From contig NC_087437.1 of NCBI RefSeq assembly GCF_036321535.1, positions 118,546,001 to 118,610,000 on the forward strand: 64,000 bases of DNA, in the 5' to 3' direction. Source of the stretch: Camelus dromedarius (Eukaryota). Position 1 is the stretch's first letter. Each line of letters starts with the position of its first letter. Below are positions 24,591 through 37,042 of the stretch, one piece after another. The position numbers and the translations under genes are program-made. Below the pieces are notes generated by a model. That model had not been told where the DNA came from. It worked only from the letters and a program-made list of their open reading frames with translations, and ran no database searches.

Positions 24591-26182
24591 AACTGTCTTT
24601 TGTCACGTTGCATTAATTCTAGAATTGCTGGAAGTATTGTGTAACATGGGAAAAGCCCACTTAGACCAGCTCAGGTCACTGGTATTTAAATTATCTCTGA
24701 CTCACAAACACTCATGTTGAAGGCTTGTATTTCGTGCTTTGAAAGCTCAGTGAGGCACCCGTCACCGCTTTTTAATCGAATATATCTGATATGAAACACA
24801 CGCCTTTCCCCTCAGCATGCCCAGCGCGTCTGACATCCGTCTGACTTCCTGTGTTATCGGTAAGGGGCTTAATCTCCTCCCAGCTTCCTGTTTCCTCCAC
24901 TGATTGCTGAGCCTATTCGAACTAAAGCCAAAAGAGGAGGGTGAAGGGCACCCATCATGCTGATGATCCCTCCTCCCTCGTAGGCTGTGTGGGACCCAAG
25001 GAGAGGAGTTTGGAGGCAGGTTTTCTGTCCCCAGCAGGTGCAGTAGCACACCTTGGGGCCTGTTTTACATCTCAGACACTGAATGGAGCAGGCCAAGCCT
25101 TTGGCCCCGGATTCAGGATCACCTGGGCTGATGGTGGGGGCTGGTGGCTGCTGACTCTTGTCCTGGCCCCATTTAGGTCCTGTGTGATGGTCAGCAAGAC
25201 ACTTGTCCTTTGAACCTAAGAGCCTCCTTTTAGGACTAACACTTGGCTCCACTGCCGTCTGTCACAGCTTCTTCCCTGCATCCACTCTGTTCTGCTCGCC
25301 CAGCGTGAACTCGGTGTTGACCCTGGACTTTATTGTTTGTTAGTGACGACAGATACCACCTGGAAAATGGAACACAACTGTGAGGCAGGTGGCTGGCCCG
25401 CCGTGGCTTCTGTGCCTCGTGCATACATGTCCACAGGTGCGCCATCAGTAGGGGCGTGCGTCCCCTATTCTGGGCTAGCGTCCAGGACTGTGGGCACACG
25501 GTTGGTTTGGCTGTCAGGTGGCTCCCCTTGTCCTCTCCTCGCCCAAATGGACTATTTGACTTTTTGTCTATTGCTATTTCAATTTTTTATTTTAAAGTTG
25601 CTTTTTGGCTCTTGGAATTCTCAAAGAGGTGAAGATACTCTTGGAGCGCTGACATCACGCCATTAAAGAAGTAAAACTAGTAGGTTTGTTTCTGAGTTAG
25701 TGCCTGCTACCCAGCCCAGGTCTCAGGTTGGAGGTTTCAAGAGTTTTATTATAGGGCCACCATGTACCCGGACCTCAAGACGCAGTCTCAGCCCTGCCAT
25801 TTTAGGAAGATGAAGAGGACTGTCTGAAGTGTAACGAAAGTGGTGCCCTGGCCGCCTTCATCATTCGGGCGAGCTGTAAAGGGCAGAAGGAAACCTCTCC
25901 TTCCATTTCACACTAGCCTGAGGACGGCAGAGGATGAGGATTTATTCCCCTGGCCTCACTAAGGGTCCCCCGCGCTCCCGCTGCAGACCCGCAGCCCTTC
26001 CCAGGCTTGTGCTGAGCATGTTATCTTCTTGGCAGGGGGCTGGGAACCACTTTAGTTTGTCTGCCCTGCAAACCCCCTGCCAGAAGCCAAAGAGAACCAC
26101 CCAGAAGGCAGCCCCCTCAGAAGGGGCTTGGAGGGGGCTTGGAGGGGAGGGAAGGGTGGGAGGTATTGAATCAAAAAGTTTT

Positions 26183-26500
26183 TCAGACACAGATGAACTT
26201 ATTTACAAAACAGAAACAGACTCACAGACATAGGAAATAAACTTATGGTTACTGGTGGGAAAAGGCAGTGGGAAGGGATAAATCGGGAGTTTGGGATTTG
26301 CAGATTCTAACTATTGTATATAAAGTAGATAAATAACAGGTTTCTACAGTAGGGCACAGGGAACTATATTAACGTCCTGTGGCAGCCTATAACGAAGAAG
26401 AGTATGAAAAGCAATCTACGTGTGTGTGCACGACTGAAGCGTCATGCTGCGCACCACAAAGTGACACAGCGTTGCAGACCGACCACGCCCCAGTTAAAAA
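26183..26500 (+). mobile_element. 5'-truncated L1 3' end with a strongly GC-shifted terminal part
   Basis: acagatgaacttatttacaaaacagaaacagactcacagacata...gggataaat...gcacagggaactatatt; aligns to the sibling copies at 21134 and 58888. Confidence 0.85.
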
Positions 26501-27943
26501 CAGGTGCTCCAGGGAGCCTGGAGAGGTCAGGCCGGACTTGTTTTCGAGGCAGGACGTTGCTGCTTCGTGAAGGCGGGCGAGGATTCCCGAAGCCGCAGAG
26601 GGGCACCCGGAGCCCTGTCACTACCTCAGGCTGCCTCCTGGGGAAGCCCACTAGCTTTTCCCAATCGGAGAGGCCACCAAAGAGCAGGCCGGTCTCTGTG
26701 GGTCTCGCAGCTGGGAGGAATCGGGTGTTTCCGGTGCTGATTGTGGAAGCACAGGCTTGCTGCGTACCGGTGTGGGGGAGCAGGTGGTTCAGCCTCCCGG
26801 AACCTCAGCTTCCTCGTCTGAAGTTAGGAGATGTGAGCAGGCGACCCGAGACGCCTCGTAGAAGCCCTGCCACTCGGCGACTGTCACCTGGTCTACGTGT
26901 GAGCGCTCGCAGTGGCTCTGACCTGCAGCTGCTGTGCGCAGGTGTGGGACCGGGGCCCTGGTAAGATGCAGGGTCTGGTTCAGGGCCTGGCGAGCGGGGA
27001 GGGCGGATGCTGCTGGCTGGAAGAGCACGGCCGGAGGCCTTACTTCACAGACCAGTTGGCCGTGGGAAGGACTGAGCACACCTTGTCAGGCGAGTTAAAA
27101 TACAGATTCCCAAGCCCCGGTCCAGGCTTACCAGGGGAGACAGTCTGCACTGGGGCCTGAGAACCTGCATTTTATTACGGCTCACAACCCGCCCCTCCCC
27201 CGCTCAAGCAACGAGCCAGGCCCCAGCCTTTGGATCCTATCTGGGGGCCACCACGGAGGCCAGAGCGTCCTTTGCTGGGTGGTTTCCTGTGCGGAATCAG
27301 AATCGGCAGGCGCTTGCGTCTTCCTAAAGGCCGTTGTTTGATTTAGTTTTAAGGAAACCTCTTCCTGCAGCAGACTGTGTTCCAAAAGCTGCCCTGCGCT
27401 TGGCAGGTGGGGAGGGGCGGGCGGCAGAGAAGGAGCTCTAAAGCCGTGCTGTTCAGAGTCTCTGGGCCGACTGTGTCCTTTTTAAATTTCCAGTCTGTCC
27501 TGGAGCCATAATTTGTAAATCAATAAGCATGCATTACTAGGGAAACGCTGAAAAGACATACAAATACAAGCACCATTTTAAAAATGATTCGATTGAGCGG
27601 ACATCTCACTTCTCTGTGGCGCTGATCCCCAAAGTTTCTGCCCCCCCCCATCCTGTGGTTACCTTATTGCCAACATGTAACACTTGTTTGTGGCTGGGAG
27701 CCTGGCTTGCGGGGCGCACAGCTGTAAAAATTATGCTTGCTCCTTGAGAGGAGTGCAAATTAGAAGTTGTTACAAATGATTCCAGTAACAAATTTGCCTT
27801 ATTGCGTCCTCTCTTTAGTGGGACAGTGGTTACTTCCCCTAAAACACAAAAGGGAAATATGAGTGTTGGGTCCTCTGCTTCCAGCCCTCTTACGAGGGGG
27901 TGGGTACAGAGCTTTACCCCAGGGGAAGCAAGTAAATCTAACT

Positions 27944-28150
27944 CAGTGGTTCCTCACTCAGGGAAGTTGTGTCCTTCAGGGGACACTGGGCACTCTGCAG
28001 ACATTCCTGGTTGTTACCATTTGGGTGGTGCCACTGGCATCTAATGGATGGAGGCCGGGGACACTGCTGGACATCCTACAAAGCACAGGACAGAGCCCCT
28101 CCCCCAATAAAGGATTACCTGCTCGCCCATGTCAGCAGTACCAAGGCACC
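27944..28150 (+). mobile_element. MER20 hAT-Charlie MITE
   Basis: cagtggttcctca...caggggacactgggcactctgcagacattcctggttgttac...gccactggcatctaatggatggaggcc...catcctacaaagcacaggacag. Confidence 0.8.
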
Positions 28151-28384
28151 GGGGGCCCAGCACTCTGACTCAGCTGGCCGGGAGCGGCGCCCGGAGCGGG
28201 AGGGAGACTGTCTGTCAGCAGCACCTGTGGGTGCGAGTGGGCAGTGTCAGCGTGTCTCCCCTGATGTTTATAGTTCTGTCCTGTTCTTCTTGCCAGATGC
28301 AGTAAGCAAGGCACTTCTAACTCGGGTGATTGGGGATTAAAGAATGAAAGAATTTTGAACTAGACGCAAATGATGAACATGCTT

Positions 28385-28750
28385 TATTCCTCCTTTCAGC
28401 GTACTTATTAAGCACCTACTGTATGCCAGACCCTAATCTAAGCCCTGGGACTCAACAGCCAACTAGACAAAGATGGCCATTGCCTTTTTGAGAACTGATG
28501 TGCTTGTTGGGAAGACAGATTGTAAGGAAAGTGAACAGAATTTCAGGTCGGTGCTGTGAGGCTGCACAGCCTGGTGGTGATGGGTGTCAGTGAACGCCGT
28601 GTTGGAAAGGGTGGTTCCAGAAGACCTCTCTGAGCAGGTGCAGTTTGAGCTGTGAGTAGCAGGAGGGAAAGACCTCCCTTGAGCAGCTGGGGGCCCCGTG
28701 TTCCAGGATGAAGCCAGGCAGGTGAAGGCTACAGCCTGGAGGGCACACAG
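28385..28750 (-). mobile_element. L2 remnant
   Basis: cttattaagcacctactgtatgccagaccc is the reverse complement of an L2 3' end. Confidence 0.6.
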
Positions 28751-29012
28751 CGCCAGCACCAGGGGCTGCGGAGATCGGCTCTGACATGCCTGGTTTTCGG
28801 AGCAGCTCCTTTGAAAATTGTGCTTTGAGATGAGATTTATCAGAACAAAGGCCTTGCAAAGGGTGAAAACTTCATGCCCCAAGCTTATTGGCCATGTCTG
28901 TGCAGAGTGTGAGGGGTCAGGGGAGGGGAGTAAAATCCGGGAGAGTTTCTGAATTAGGAAAATTAAAGTCAGGGTGCCTGGGAAGGTGGGGTGCAGGAGA
29001 CGGCTTAGACTT

Positions 29013-29330
29013 GTATCCTGGGTTGGGCTCCCCCAGAAACAGACTTAGATGAGGATGCGAGTTGGGGGCTGCCTTGGGAGGTGGTCCCAGGAATCTTGTG
29101 CAGCGATGGGGCAGTGACAGGAGGGGAAGTGTGGATGACAGAGAGGTTACGGGTGTGAGCAGTGGGCTCCATCCCCTGGGATCTCTGAGAGGGAATAGTG
29201 CCTGGGCTCAGCCGTCCCAGCTGAAGGACAAAGGAGCTGGGCATTTATCATCCACTCCTGTCCGTCCTGGGTGAGGCCCAGGGAAGCCAGCAGGCAGAGT
29301 CCCAGGAGGCTTCGGGGTCATGAGTACAGA
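29013..29330 (-). mobile_element. ERVL-type LTR remnant (LTR16/LTR33-like)
   Basis: tgtatcctgggttgggctcccccagaaacagact...gggaggtggtcccaggaa. Confidence 0.45.
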
Positions 29331-30486
29331 ATTGTTGCCCATGGCATCTTTCTGTCTGGAACCATGGCTGGCACAGGCTAGGCTAATATCTGAAGAATAA
29401 AAGAATGATTACTCTCTACCACTGAATGCATTTGAGAGCATCATTTTAGTCCAGGAGTCCCAAAACAGGGTTTCACAGCTCTGCTTTAAAATCCCAACTT
29501 CCTAGGGCGTTCCAGAATCTAACTTCCGAAAGCCTCTGTGAGTCAGTCCCGAGTGAGCCTCTCATGGCTGTGCGCGCACTTTGAACTTTTTTCTGGAAGA
29601 GGAAGATGGGAGGTGCAGGCACTGAGAGAAAATGGTTAGGGGCGGGGGGCAAAGGGAGATTTTGTTTGAGGTTAAAAACAACCACAAAACCTCCTTTGAA
29701 GATCGAATGCTCTGAACATAAGGATTTTCAAAACCTTTGGAATGGCTGGCGCCTTGTGATGTGGAAGAGCTGTGCAGCCAAGGTCACAAGACTGTCAAGT
29801 CCCCGACGCACGGACACTTCAGGCAATTGAACCCATAACCATGTTCATCAAAGTGTGGCTACCATAGCTCCGGCATGCGTGAGGTGCTACTATCTAGCTC
29901 AGCTCTTCAGTATGCACAGATTTCAAGCACAGATGAAATATTTTTTATCGTCCTTTGATCAGTAAGTGTATGTACAGTTTGGCGCATTCACCCTGTGGGA
30001 CATGGGTGACTTCTCCCCCCTCTTCTTGCTTGAACCCCCAAATAGGAGACACTGCAGTGCCCACTGGGCTGGGCTGTTTGTAGAGGTGGAGTCCCCGCCT
30101 TCCCCTCCACATATGAGCAGGTGCTGCACTTGGAGCCTGTTCATCCCTGTCTCTGTGAACACCTGCCTCGTGGTTCTGGGTTTATGAGCCATGAGGTTGA
30201 ACAGAGGACTGAAAACTCCCAGTATTTGTGTCCAGACCTCGAGGGAGGCAGGGACCTGCTGAACCTCAAATCTGAGCCTCATGCTCTAACCCAGCTTCAC
30301 CAGAGCTCTGCAGGGGGGTCCTGGGGGGTCACACAGCCAGTGGTCACTGGTGCCCTCTTTCTCATTGCCTGCAGTTCCTTAGGTCTGCACCACCTCGGAT
30401 CCCCACCTAAGAGTGAGTGTAGACACGGAAACTGGCACTCCTGGGTCCTCTGGCCAAAAGCACCTTCACGTATCCCTCAGAGTCTT

Positions 30487-30865
30487 TTTTAGATTGGAGT
30501 GTAGCTGAGTTACGATATTACATTAGTTTCAGGTGTACAGCATAGTGATTCAGTATTTTTACAGGTTATACTCCACTTAAACTTACTACAAGATAATTAG
30601 GCTATAATTCCCTGTGCTATGCAACATGTCCTGTTGCTTATCTATTTTATACACAGTAGTTTGTGTCTCTTAATCCCCTCCCCTTCCCTCTTTTGTTATA
30701 TACATTCATTTAATTTTTAGATTTCACATTTAATCTATAAGCATATCATATAGTGTTTGTCTTTTTCTGATTTATTTCACTGAACATAATATTCTCCAGT
30801 TCCATCTTCATTGCTGCAAATGGCAGAATTTCATTCTTTTTTATATGGTTGAGTAATACTACATT

Positions 30866-30912
<47 letters not shown>

Positions 30913-32459
30913 CACCATATCTTCTTTATCCATTCGTCTGTTGATGGACACTTGGGTTGCTTCCATATCTTGGCTATTGTAATAATGCTGCAATGAACAT
31001 TGGGGTTCCTTTTGTACCTTTTCAAATTACTGGGGTTTTTTTCTTTGGATATATACCTAGGAGTGTATGGCTCATATGATAGTTCTATTTTTATTTTTTG
31101 AAGAACCTTCATACTGTTTTCCATAGTGACTGCACCAAGTTACATTCCCATCAACAGTGTAAGATGATTTCCTTTTCTCTACATCCTCACCAGTTTGTTA
31201 TTTGTAGATTTTTTGATGATAGCCATTCTGACAGTTGTAAAGTGATACCTCATTTAGTCTGCATTTTTAATCAATTATCAATGTTGAGCATCTTTTCCTA
31301 TTAGCCATCTGTATGTCTTCCTTGGAAAAATGCCTATTCAAGTCTTTCCGTCTTTTGACTGGGTTGTTTTTGGTATTGAATTGTAGGAACATTTTATATA
31401 TTTTGGATATTAATCCCTTATTGATCGTATCATTTGCAAATATTTTCTCGCATTCCAAGGGTTGTCCTTTCTTTTTGTCAGTGGTTTCATTTGCTGTGCA
31501 AAAACTTTTAAGTTTAATTAGGCCCTATTAAGTTTATTTTTGCTTTTACTTCTTTTACCTCAGGAGACAGATCCAAAAAAATATCACTATGATTTATTTC
31601 AAGGAGTGTTCTGCCTGTGTTCTCTTCTTGAAGTTTTATGGTTTCAGTTCTTATATGTAAGTCTTTAAGCCACTTTGAGTTTACTTTTGTGTATGGTGTG
31701 AGAGAATGTTCTAATCGCGTTCTTTCGCAGGCGGCTGTCCAGTTCTCCCAGCGCCACTCATTGAAGAGACTGTCGTGTCTCCATTGCATGTTCTTGCCTG
31801 CTTTGTCGTAGGTTAATTGCCCTCAGGTGTGGGGCTTATTCCTGGGCTCTGTGCTCTACTGTGTTGAGCTATGAGTCCCTTTCTGTGCCAGCTCCGTGCT
31901 ATGTTGATTACTGTAACTTCGCAATATAGTCTGAAGTCTGAGAGGGTGATACTTCCAGCTTTGTTCTCTTTTCTCAAGATTGCTTTGGCAATTTAGGGTC
32001 TTTTTTGGTTCCGTATGAATTTTAGGATTATTTGTTCTAGTTCTGTGAAAAATGACATGGGTACTTTGACAGGGGTTGCGGTAAGTCTGTAGATTGCCTT
32101 GGGTAGTGTGGCCATTTTAACAATATCGATTCTTACAGTCCAAGAGCATGGGGTAACTTTCGATATCTTTGTATCATTTTCAGTTTCCTTCATCAGCGTC
32201 TTACAGTTTTCAGAGTACAGGTCTTTCCGTTCCTTGGTTAAGTTGATTCCTAGGTATTTTATTCTTTTTGATTGACTTTAGAAGGGGTTTTTTTGTTTTT
32301 TTTTTTTTTTTACTTTCTCTGTCTGATGGTTCATTATTAGTGTACAGGAAAGCACAGGTATCTATATATTAATCTTGTATCCTGCAACCTTGCTGAGTTC
32401 ATTTATTAGTTCTACTAGATTTTTGGTGGAGACGTTAGGGTTTTCTGTATAAAGTACTT
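30487..32459 (-). mobile_element. 5'-truncated L1 (~2 kb: ORF2 C-terminal part and 3' UTR), decayed
   Basis: Minus-strand ORF fragments [32 protein letters not shown]...LTPYTKVNSKWLKDL, EKIFAN...[29 protein letters not shown]. Perfect 10-bp TSD TCAGAGTCTT at 30477-30486 and 32460-32469. Confidence 0.95.
30868..30909. repeat. (GT)21 microsatellite inside the L1 3' region
   Basis: Perfect dinucleotide run. Confidence 0.95.
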
Positions 32460-32899
32460 TCAGAGTCTTGAAGCTATTTTTACATAGTCTTACTGCCTTG
32501 ATGCTGTTGGTCAGCCTGATGAAATTCTGGTTTCTAATTTTTCTATATGAACTGTGTATGAACTACGTATGAGATACTGTGAATGCGAAATTATTAGACC
32601 TGGTATTCTGAACTTTCATGAAGGTGTCTTTTTCTGTTGTTCTTAGGCTGGATGCTTGGTGAGTCTTTTCAGTCTGGGGTTTCATGATGCTCAGTTTCAA
32701 GAAATTTTCTAGTAATTGTGCTCTTTTGGACCTCCTGTTCAGATGTTGGACCTTCTCTGTGTGTAGGCAGGGTGTGGAGTATATTTTCATTACTTATGTC
32801 TGTCTCTAGTTTTTGAAACATGACAATGGTGAGGATTCTGTTACCTGGTCTGTGTGGGTATTTTCAGTTAGCTGATCAAACTCACACACCTTCCCAACT

Positions 32900-33298
32900 C
32901 ACTTCTCTCTCGCCTGAATCATTTCACTGAAACGTCCTTTGTGATTAAGGGCATAGCTAACCATGGGCTAGGGGACCTAAATGGGGTTCTCCTGGGAGAT
33001 TTCAGGGAAAGCTTATGTTTGCCTGATAAAACTGGCAGGTATGGCTGGGATTATAATTTCTCCTCCTTCCTGCCTTTGATGAAAATGCAAGGCCTTCAAC
33101 CAGGGCAGCCAAATTCTGACCTTGAAAGAGAGGTCAGGGGAGCAGCAGGGAGCTGACACTGACTTTCCTTGATATGTTGATCTGATACCAACTGTCTCTA
33201 GAGACTTCTTGATGTGGAGAAAAATAAATCCTTTCTCATTTGAGCCACTCTAAATCTAGTTTTATGTTTTACTTGCAGCCAAAAACATTCCAAATGAT
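32900..33298 (+). mobile_element. MaLR LTR remnant (MLT1J-like)
   Basis: 3' end gagaaaaataaatcctttctcatttgagccact...ttacttgcagccaaaaacattcc. Confidence 0.6.
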
Positions 33299-33299
33299 G

Positions 33300-33445
33300 T
33301 ATTACTGAGTCTAAACTCGTCCTGCTCGGCACACAACAGACCAGTAAATCAGGAGACGAGGTGTCAGGACAAGAAATAGCGACTTTATCAGAAACAGGGC
33401 ACAGGGTTAAAGTCAAAGGAACAGATCTGCTATGGAGTCTGATTT
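33300..33445 (-). mobile_element. ERV1-type LTR fragment
   Basis: ttactgagtctaaactcgtcctgctcggcacacaacagaccagtaaatcaggagacgaggtgtcaggacaagaaatagcgactttat resembles laurasiatherian ERV1 LTR ends. Confidence 0.5.
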
Positions 33446-33734
33446 GTTCTTCTCTATTACATTATCATCCTGCCTTTGGAAAAAAGTAATAGCTTAATAG
33501 TAGTTTAAAAATAGTCCAAGGCAATTTGCCCTTATTTTCCTGTCCTTGAACCCTCCCGAGAAGAGAAGGGCAAGTGTTAAAGTCCTGTCACTGTTGTCTT
33601 TGTTGCTGTTTTTGGCCAGGTGCTTATTTCCAGTGGACAAGGTATGTCCTTGATACAGGAATCTAGACTTTGGTCACCACAGAAGGAACCCCACAGGAGA
33701 GGACAACCAGAGGGAGTTTGTACGGGGTAGATCA

Positions 33735-33942
33735 GGAGTCAGCATTCTAAGCTCCATGGGCCAGATCTCCCTGTTTTGTAAATAAGGTTTAATTGGAACA
33801 CGGCCATTGTGTTTGTTCACAGGTCGTCTGTGGCTGTTTCATACCACGGTGGTGGAATTGAGCGCGTGAGATGGTCACCATATTGCCAAAGCCTAAGATA
33901 CTGACTAGCTGGCTGTTTGTGGAAAAAGTCTATTGACCTCTA
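33735..33942 (+). mobile_element. MER58-like hAT MITE
   Basis: ctgttttgtaaataaggtttaattggaacacggcca...tgtggaaaaagtctattgacctct. Confidence 0.7.
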
Positions 33943-34539
33943 TTGGCCTTGCATTTTCGTTGGGTTGGGCTTTCAGGTGCTAGAAACTAAGGGGAGAGTG
34001 GCAAGTGGCCAGCTGGCCAGCAGTGGTTCTGCCCACATCAGGAAGCTGCAGGTGGGAGCCGTCCATGGTGGGGGAGGGAGGACAGTGGCTCTGAGGAGCC
34101 CACTGCACACCCCACAAGAGGAAGGTTTAGCACATAGACATCCAGAGTCTACCAACCACAAGTCAAATAAGCACATTCCTGCCCCTTCCCTCTCCAGTCC
34201 CCCTGTTCCAGTCCTGGAGAAATCAGAGGCATCGTTGTGGTTAAGGTGGGGAGACAGAAGTAAATCCGACCACACCTCCCTTCCCCTCTGTAGCGCTGAT
34301 CCTAAGGTAGGCTCATTATATTGGATGCCAGCTAGAAGCTTCGATGTTAAGTAGGACTGGACTTACACAATACCTAAAAATAAATGTGCTGCCCCAAAGC
34401 TATTGGAAAAATAGAGCTTTGCCCAAGGTTTCATTCAAAGAAGGGGAAGAGCAATCTACAGAGCTCGTTTGAAGGCATTTGTATGACAAGAGAAAGTTCT
34501 ATTAAAATGTTATCCCATCATACAAAGGCTACAGAGAAG

Positions 34540-34930
34540 AGTTTGGAAATGTCTAGGCAAGTTTATATGCATTTATCCTTTGACTCAGAAATCCACTCCT
34601 AGGAATTTACATAAAAGTTATATTGGGCAAAAAACATGAAAAGCAATTCACAGGGCTATTCTTTGTAATGCTACTTGTAATAGCAAATGATTGGAAACAA
34701 CCCAAATGCTCATGGAATGTGGACTCAGCGAGTGAACCATGGCACGTCTGCACCAAGGCACTCGAGGCAGCTGCAGACAGATGAGGACGGTCTTAAAAAA
34801 CTTCAAGTGAGGACAGCAAGGGGGAGGAAAGACGGGACAGCGTGCGTTTAAGAAAGAAGATCCAGTGTGCGCAGGTACGTCTCGCTCGCGCGTGTCCAGG
34901 TCAGACGTCTCCAAGGTTGGGCAGATGCTG
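34540..34930 (+). mobile_element. Old L1M 3' remnant with GC-shifted distal part
   Basis: cctttgactcagaaatccactcctaggaatttac...aatagcaaatgattggaaacaacccaaatgctcat. Confidence 0.6.
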
Positions 34931-35489
34931 CAGCCGAGCGAGCGCAGCCTCTGCTCCCACACACGCTCCCTCTCTCTTCCAGCCGCCACCACGGTTTTCA
35001 GGCTTCAGCACGCCATCAGTCTGGTTTGTTTTTAAAAACAAGGCTTCTGACAGTGACTTACGTGCTTTTGTTTCCCAGAAATCCCCAGGTCCAGATTAGC
35101 TGACTTACTGAGATTACAGGTGGATGTCTGCATCACGCTACTTCGTAGATACTGAAAAAATACTAGATACAATTAAAGCATGCCCTTTAAGGGGATCTTC
35201 TAACACTGAGTGGAAAACACAGCTTTGCAACAGGAACTCCTATGTATGGAGAGTCTTTTGAAGATGGTATCTTTACATGTTTCTGTCATTTTTTGGTTTC
35301 TACCAAAAATGATATCAGTTTGTTACCTGTGAAGACAGTTTTGAACCCTTAAGCTGAATTTTCTACCTGGGTAAAAGTCTTCCAGAGAGTTTCAGCTGTT
35401 TGAGAAAAATAACAAACTCAAGATGAGTTGTCCCGTCTGGTTAGTTTGCTGGAGCTACTGATGGACATTAAGGAAGATGAAAGGTTACC

Positions 35490-35640
35490 ACTCACTCTCC
35501 CCATTTTACAGATGAGTGAGCAGAGGCACAGACAGTGACATCCCTGAGGCAGCACACTGCATGGGGACAGAGCCAGGATATGAAAACGGGTCTGCTGGTC
35601 CCAGGTCACATGCTCTGAACCAGTTCACCAAGCTGCCTCT
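35490..35640 (-). mobile_element. MIR SINE
   Basis: ctccccattttacagatgagtgagcagaggcacagacag. Confidence 0.65.
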
Positions 35641-35980
35641 TAGCACATAAGTGCTGGATATACACATGTACAGGGGTTGAGTACTCAGAAATATTTTCCT
35701 TGATGGGGCAGTTCATTCTCAAATTTCCAGCATCACTCATCTGTGAGAATTCAGGAACCTTGTAAGGAACCGTGGGCCTGGTTTGATCTGAGAGAAACTG
35801 CGTGTTGCTGAACTGAGTCAGTGTGTTTGGTCCTCGGGTGAGTGTCTAGCAGATTTCACCGCCATCTCCTCCAGCTCTGGATTTGGACGACCATGATTGC
35901 GTGTCTACAGGGTCTCAGATGGAAGCTGTGATTGACAGGATCTCAGGGCCTTGTCCCTGCACCGCACTGGCCTGGCCCCC

Positions 35981-36252
35981 TGTTATGGGTTGAATTGTGT
36001 CCCCCAAATCCGTATGTTGAAACCCCGATCCCCAGGATTGCAGAATGTGACTGCATTTGGAGATGTGGAGATGGGACCTTTAAAGAGGAATGAAGTTAAA
36101 GTGAGGCCATGAGGGTGGCCCTAATCCCATCTGACCAGTGTCCTTATAGGCAGAGATAAGAACACATGTGGAAACACCAGGGGGGCCCGAGAAACCAACC
36201 CTTCTGGCATCTGGGACCTCCAGCCCCCAGAACTGAGAAAATGAATTTCTGA
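35981..36252 (+). mobile_element. MaLR LTR (MLT1A/B-like), internally deleted
   Basis: tgttatgggttgaattgtgtcccccaaatccgtatgttgaa...agaatgtgactgcatttggagat...cagcccccagaactgagaaaatgaatttctg. Confidence 0.85.
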
Positions 36253-37042
36253 GGTCTGATGGGGGGAAGAATGCATATGACCACCCCACCAACTCAGATT
36301 CCATGAGTTTCTGGTGTCCAAGGCCCCCCACCCCTCCCATCGCATATCACCCAACATTCTGTGTTGGCAGGAGGCGGGGCAGGTCATCTGGGATGGAACT
36401 GTCCCTCTGCTGTAAGAACCTACCTAGCCTTATTTTCTGGACCACAAAAAATTCTCGTCTTAAGTCTTTTGTTCTTCAATATATGAATGTTAACATGACA
36501 GCAACACACTGGACACCCCCCACCGTGTGCCAGGACCCATTCAGTTCTTACCCCACTGAAGGTAGACTTAAGAGAAACACAGTTAATAGAGTTAAGTTTG
36601 TTTTTCACAAATCAAGACACATCCACTTGGGGCAAAATCGTGACATTCAAGTAAATTAGAAAATTATGGCTTCTTTCATTGCCAGTTTTCCAGAGGCCAA
36701 GACCATCTAGCTGCCTGCCCTTCTGAGCACTTGAAACGAAAAGAATTGGGATGTTTTGTGCAAAACCTGGCACTTAAGAGTCTGAGGCTTTCGGCTGTGA
36801 CTCTTACGGCCTCACCTCTGTCTGGGCAAGTTCATTGATCTCAGACCTGGCAGCCTCCTCCGGGGAGAGAAGATTTAAGACGGAGCAGCTCAAATCTCCA
36901 TGTGGTCCAGAAACCAAGAGGTGTAATGGGTGCTCTTGTTAGGAGCATATTAACGCTCTGGTGAGGCTGCAAGGCTCTGCGGGTAAATCAGAGCTCAGGA
37001 AACTGTGCAGGGAAATTTTTTTTTCCCAAAGTCTTACACTCA

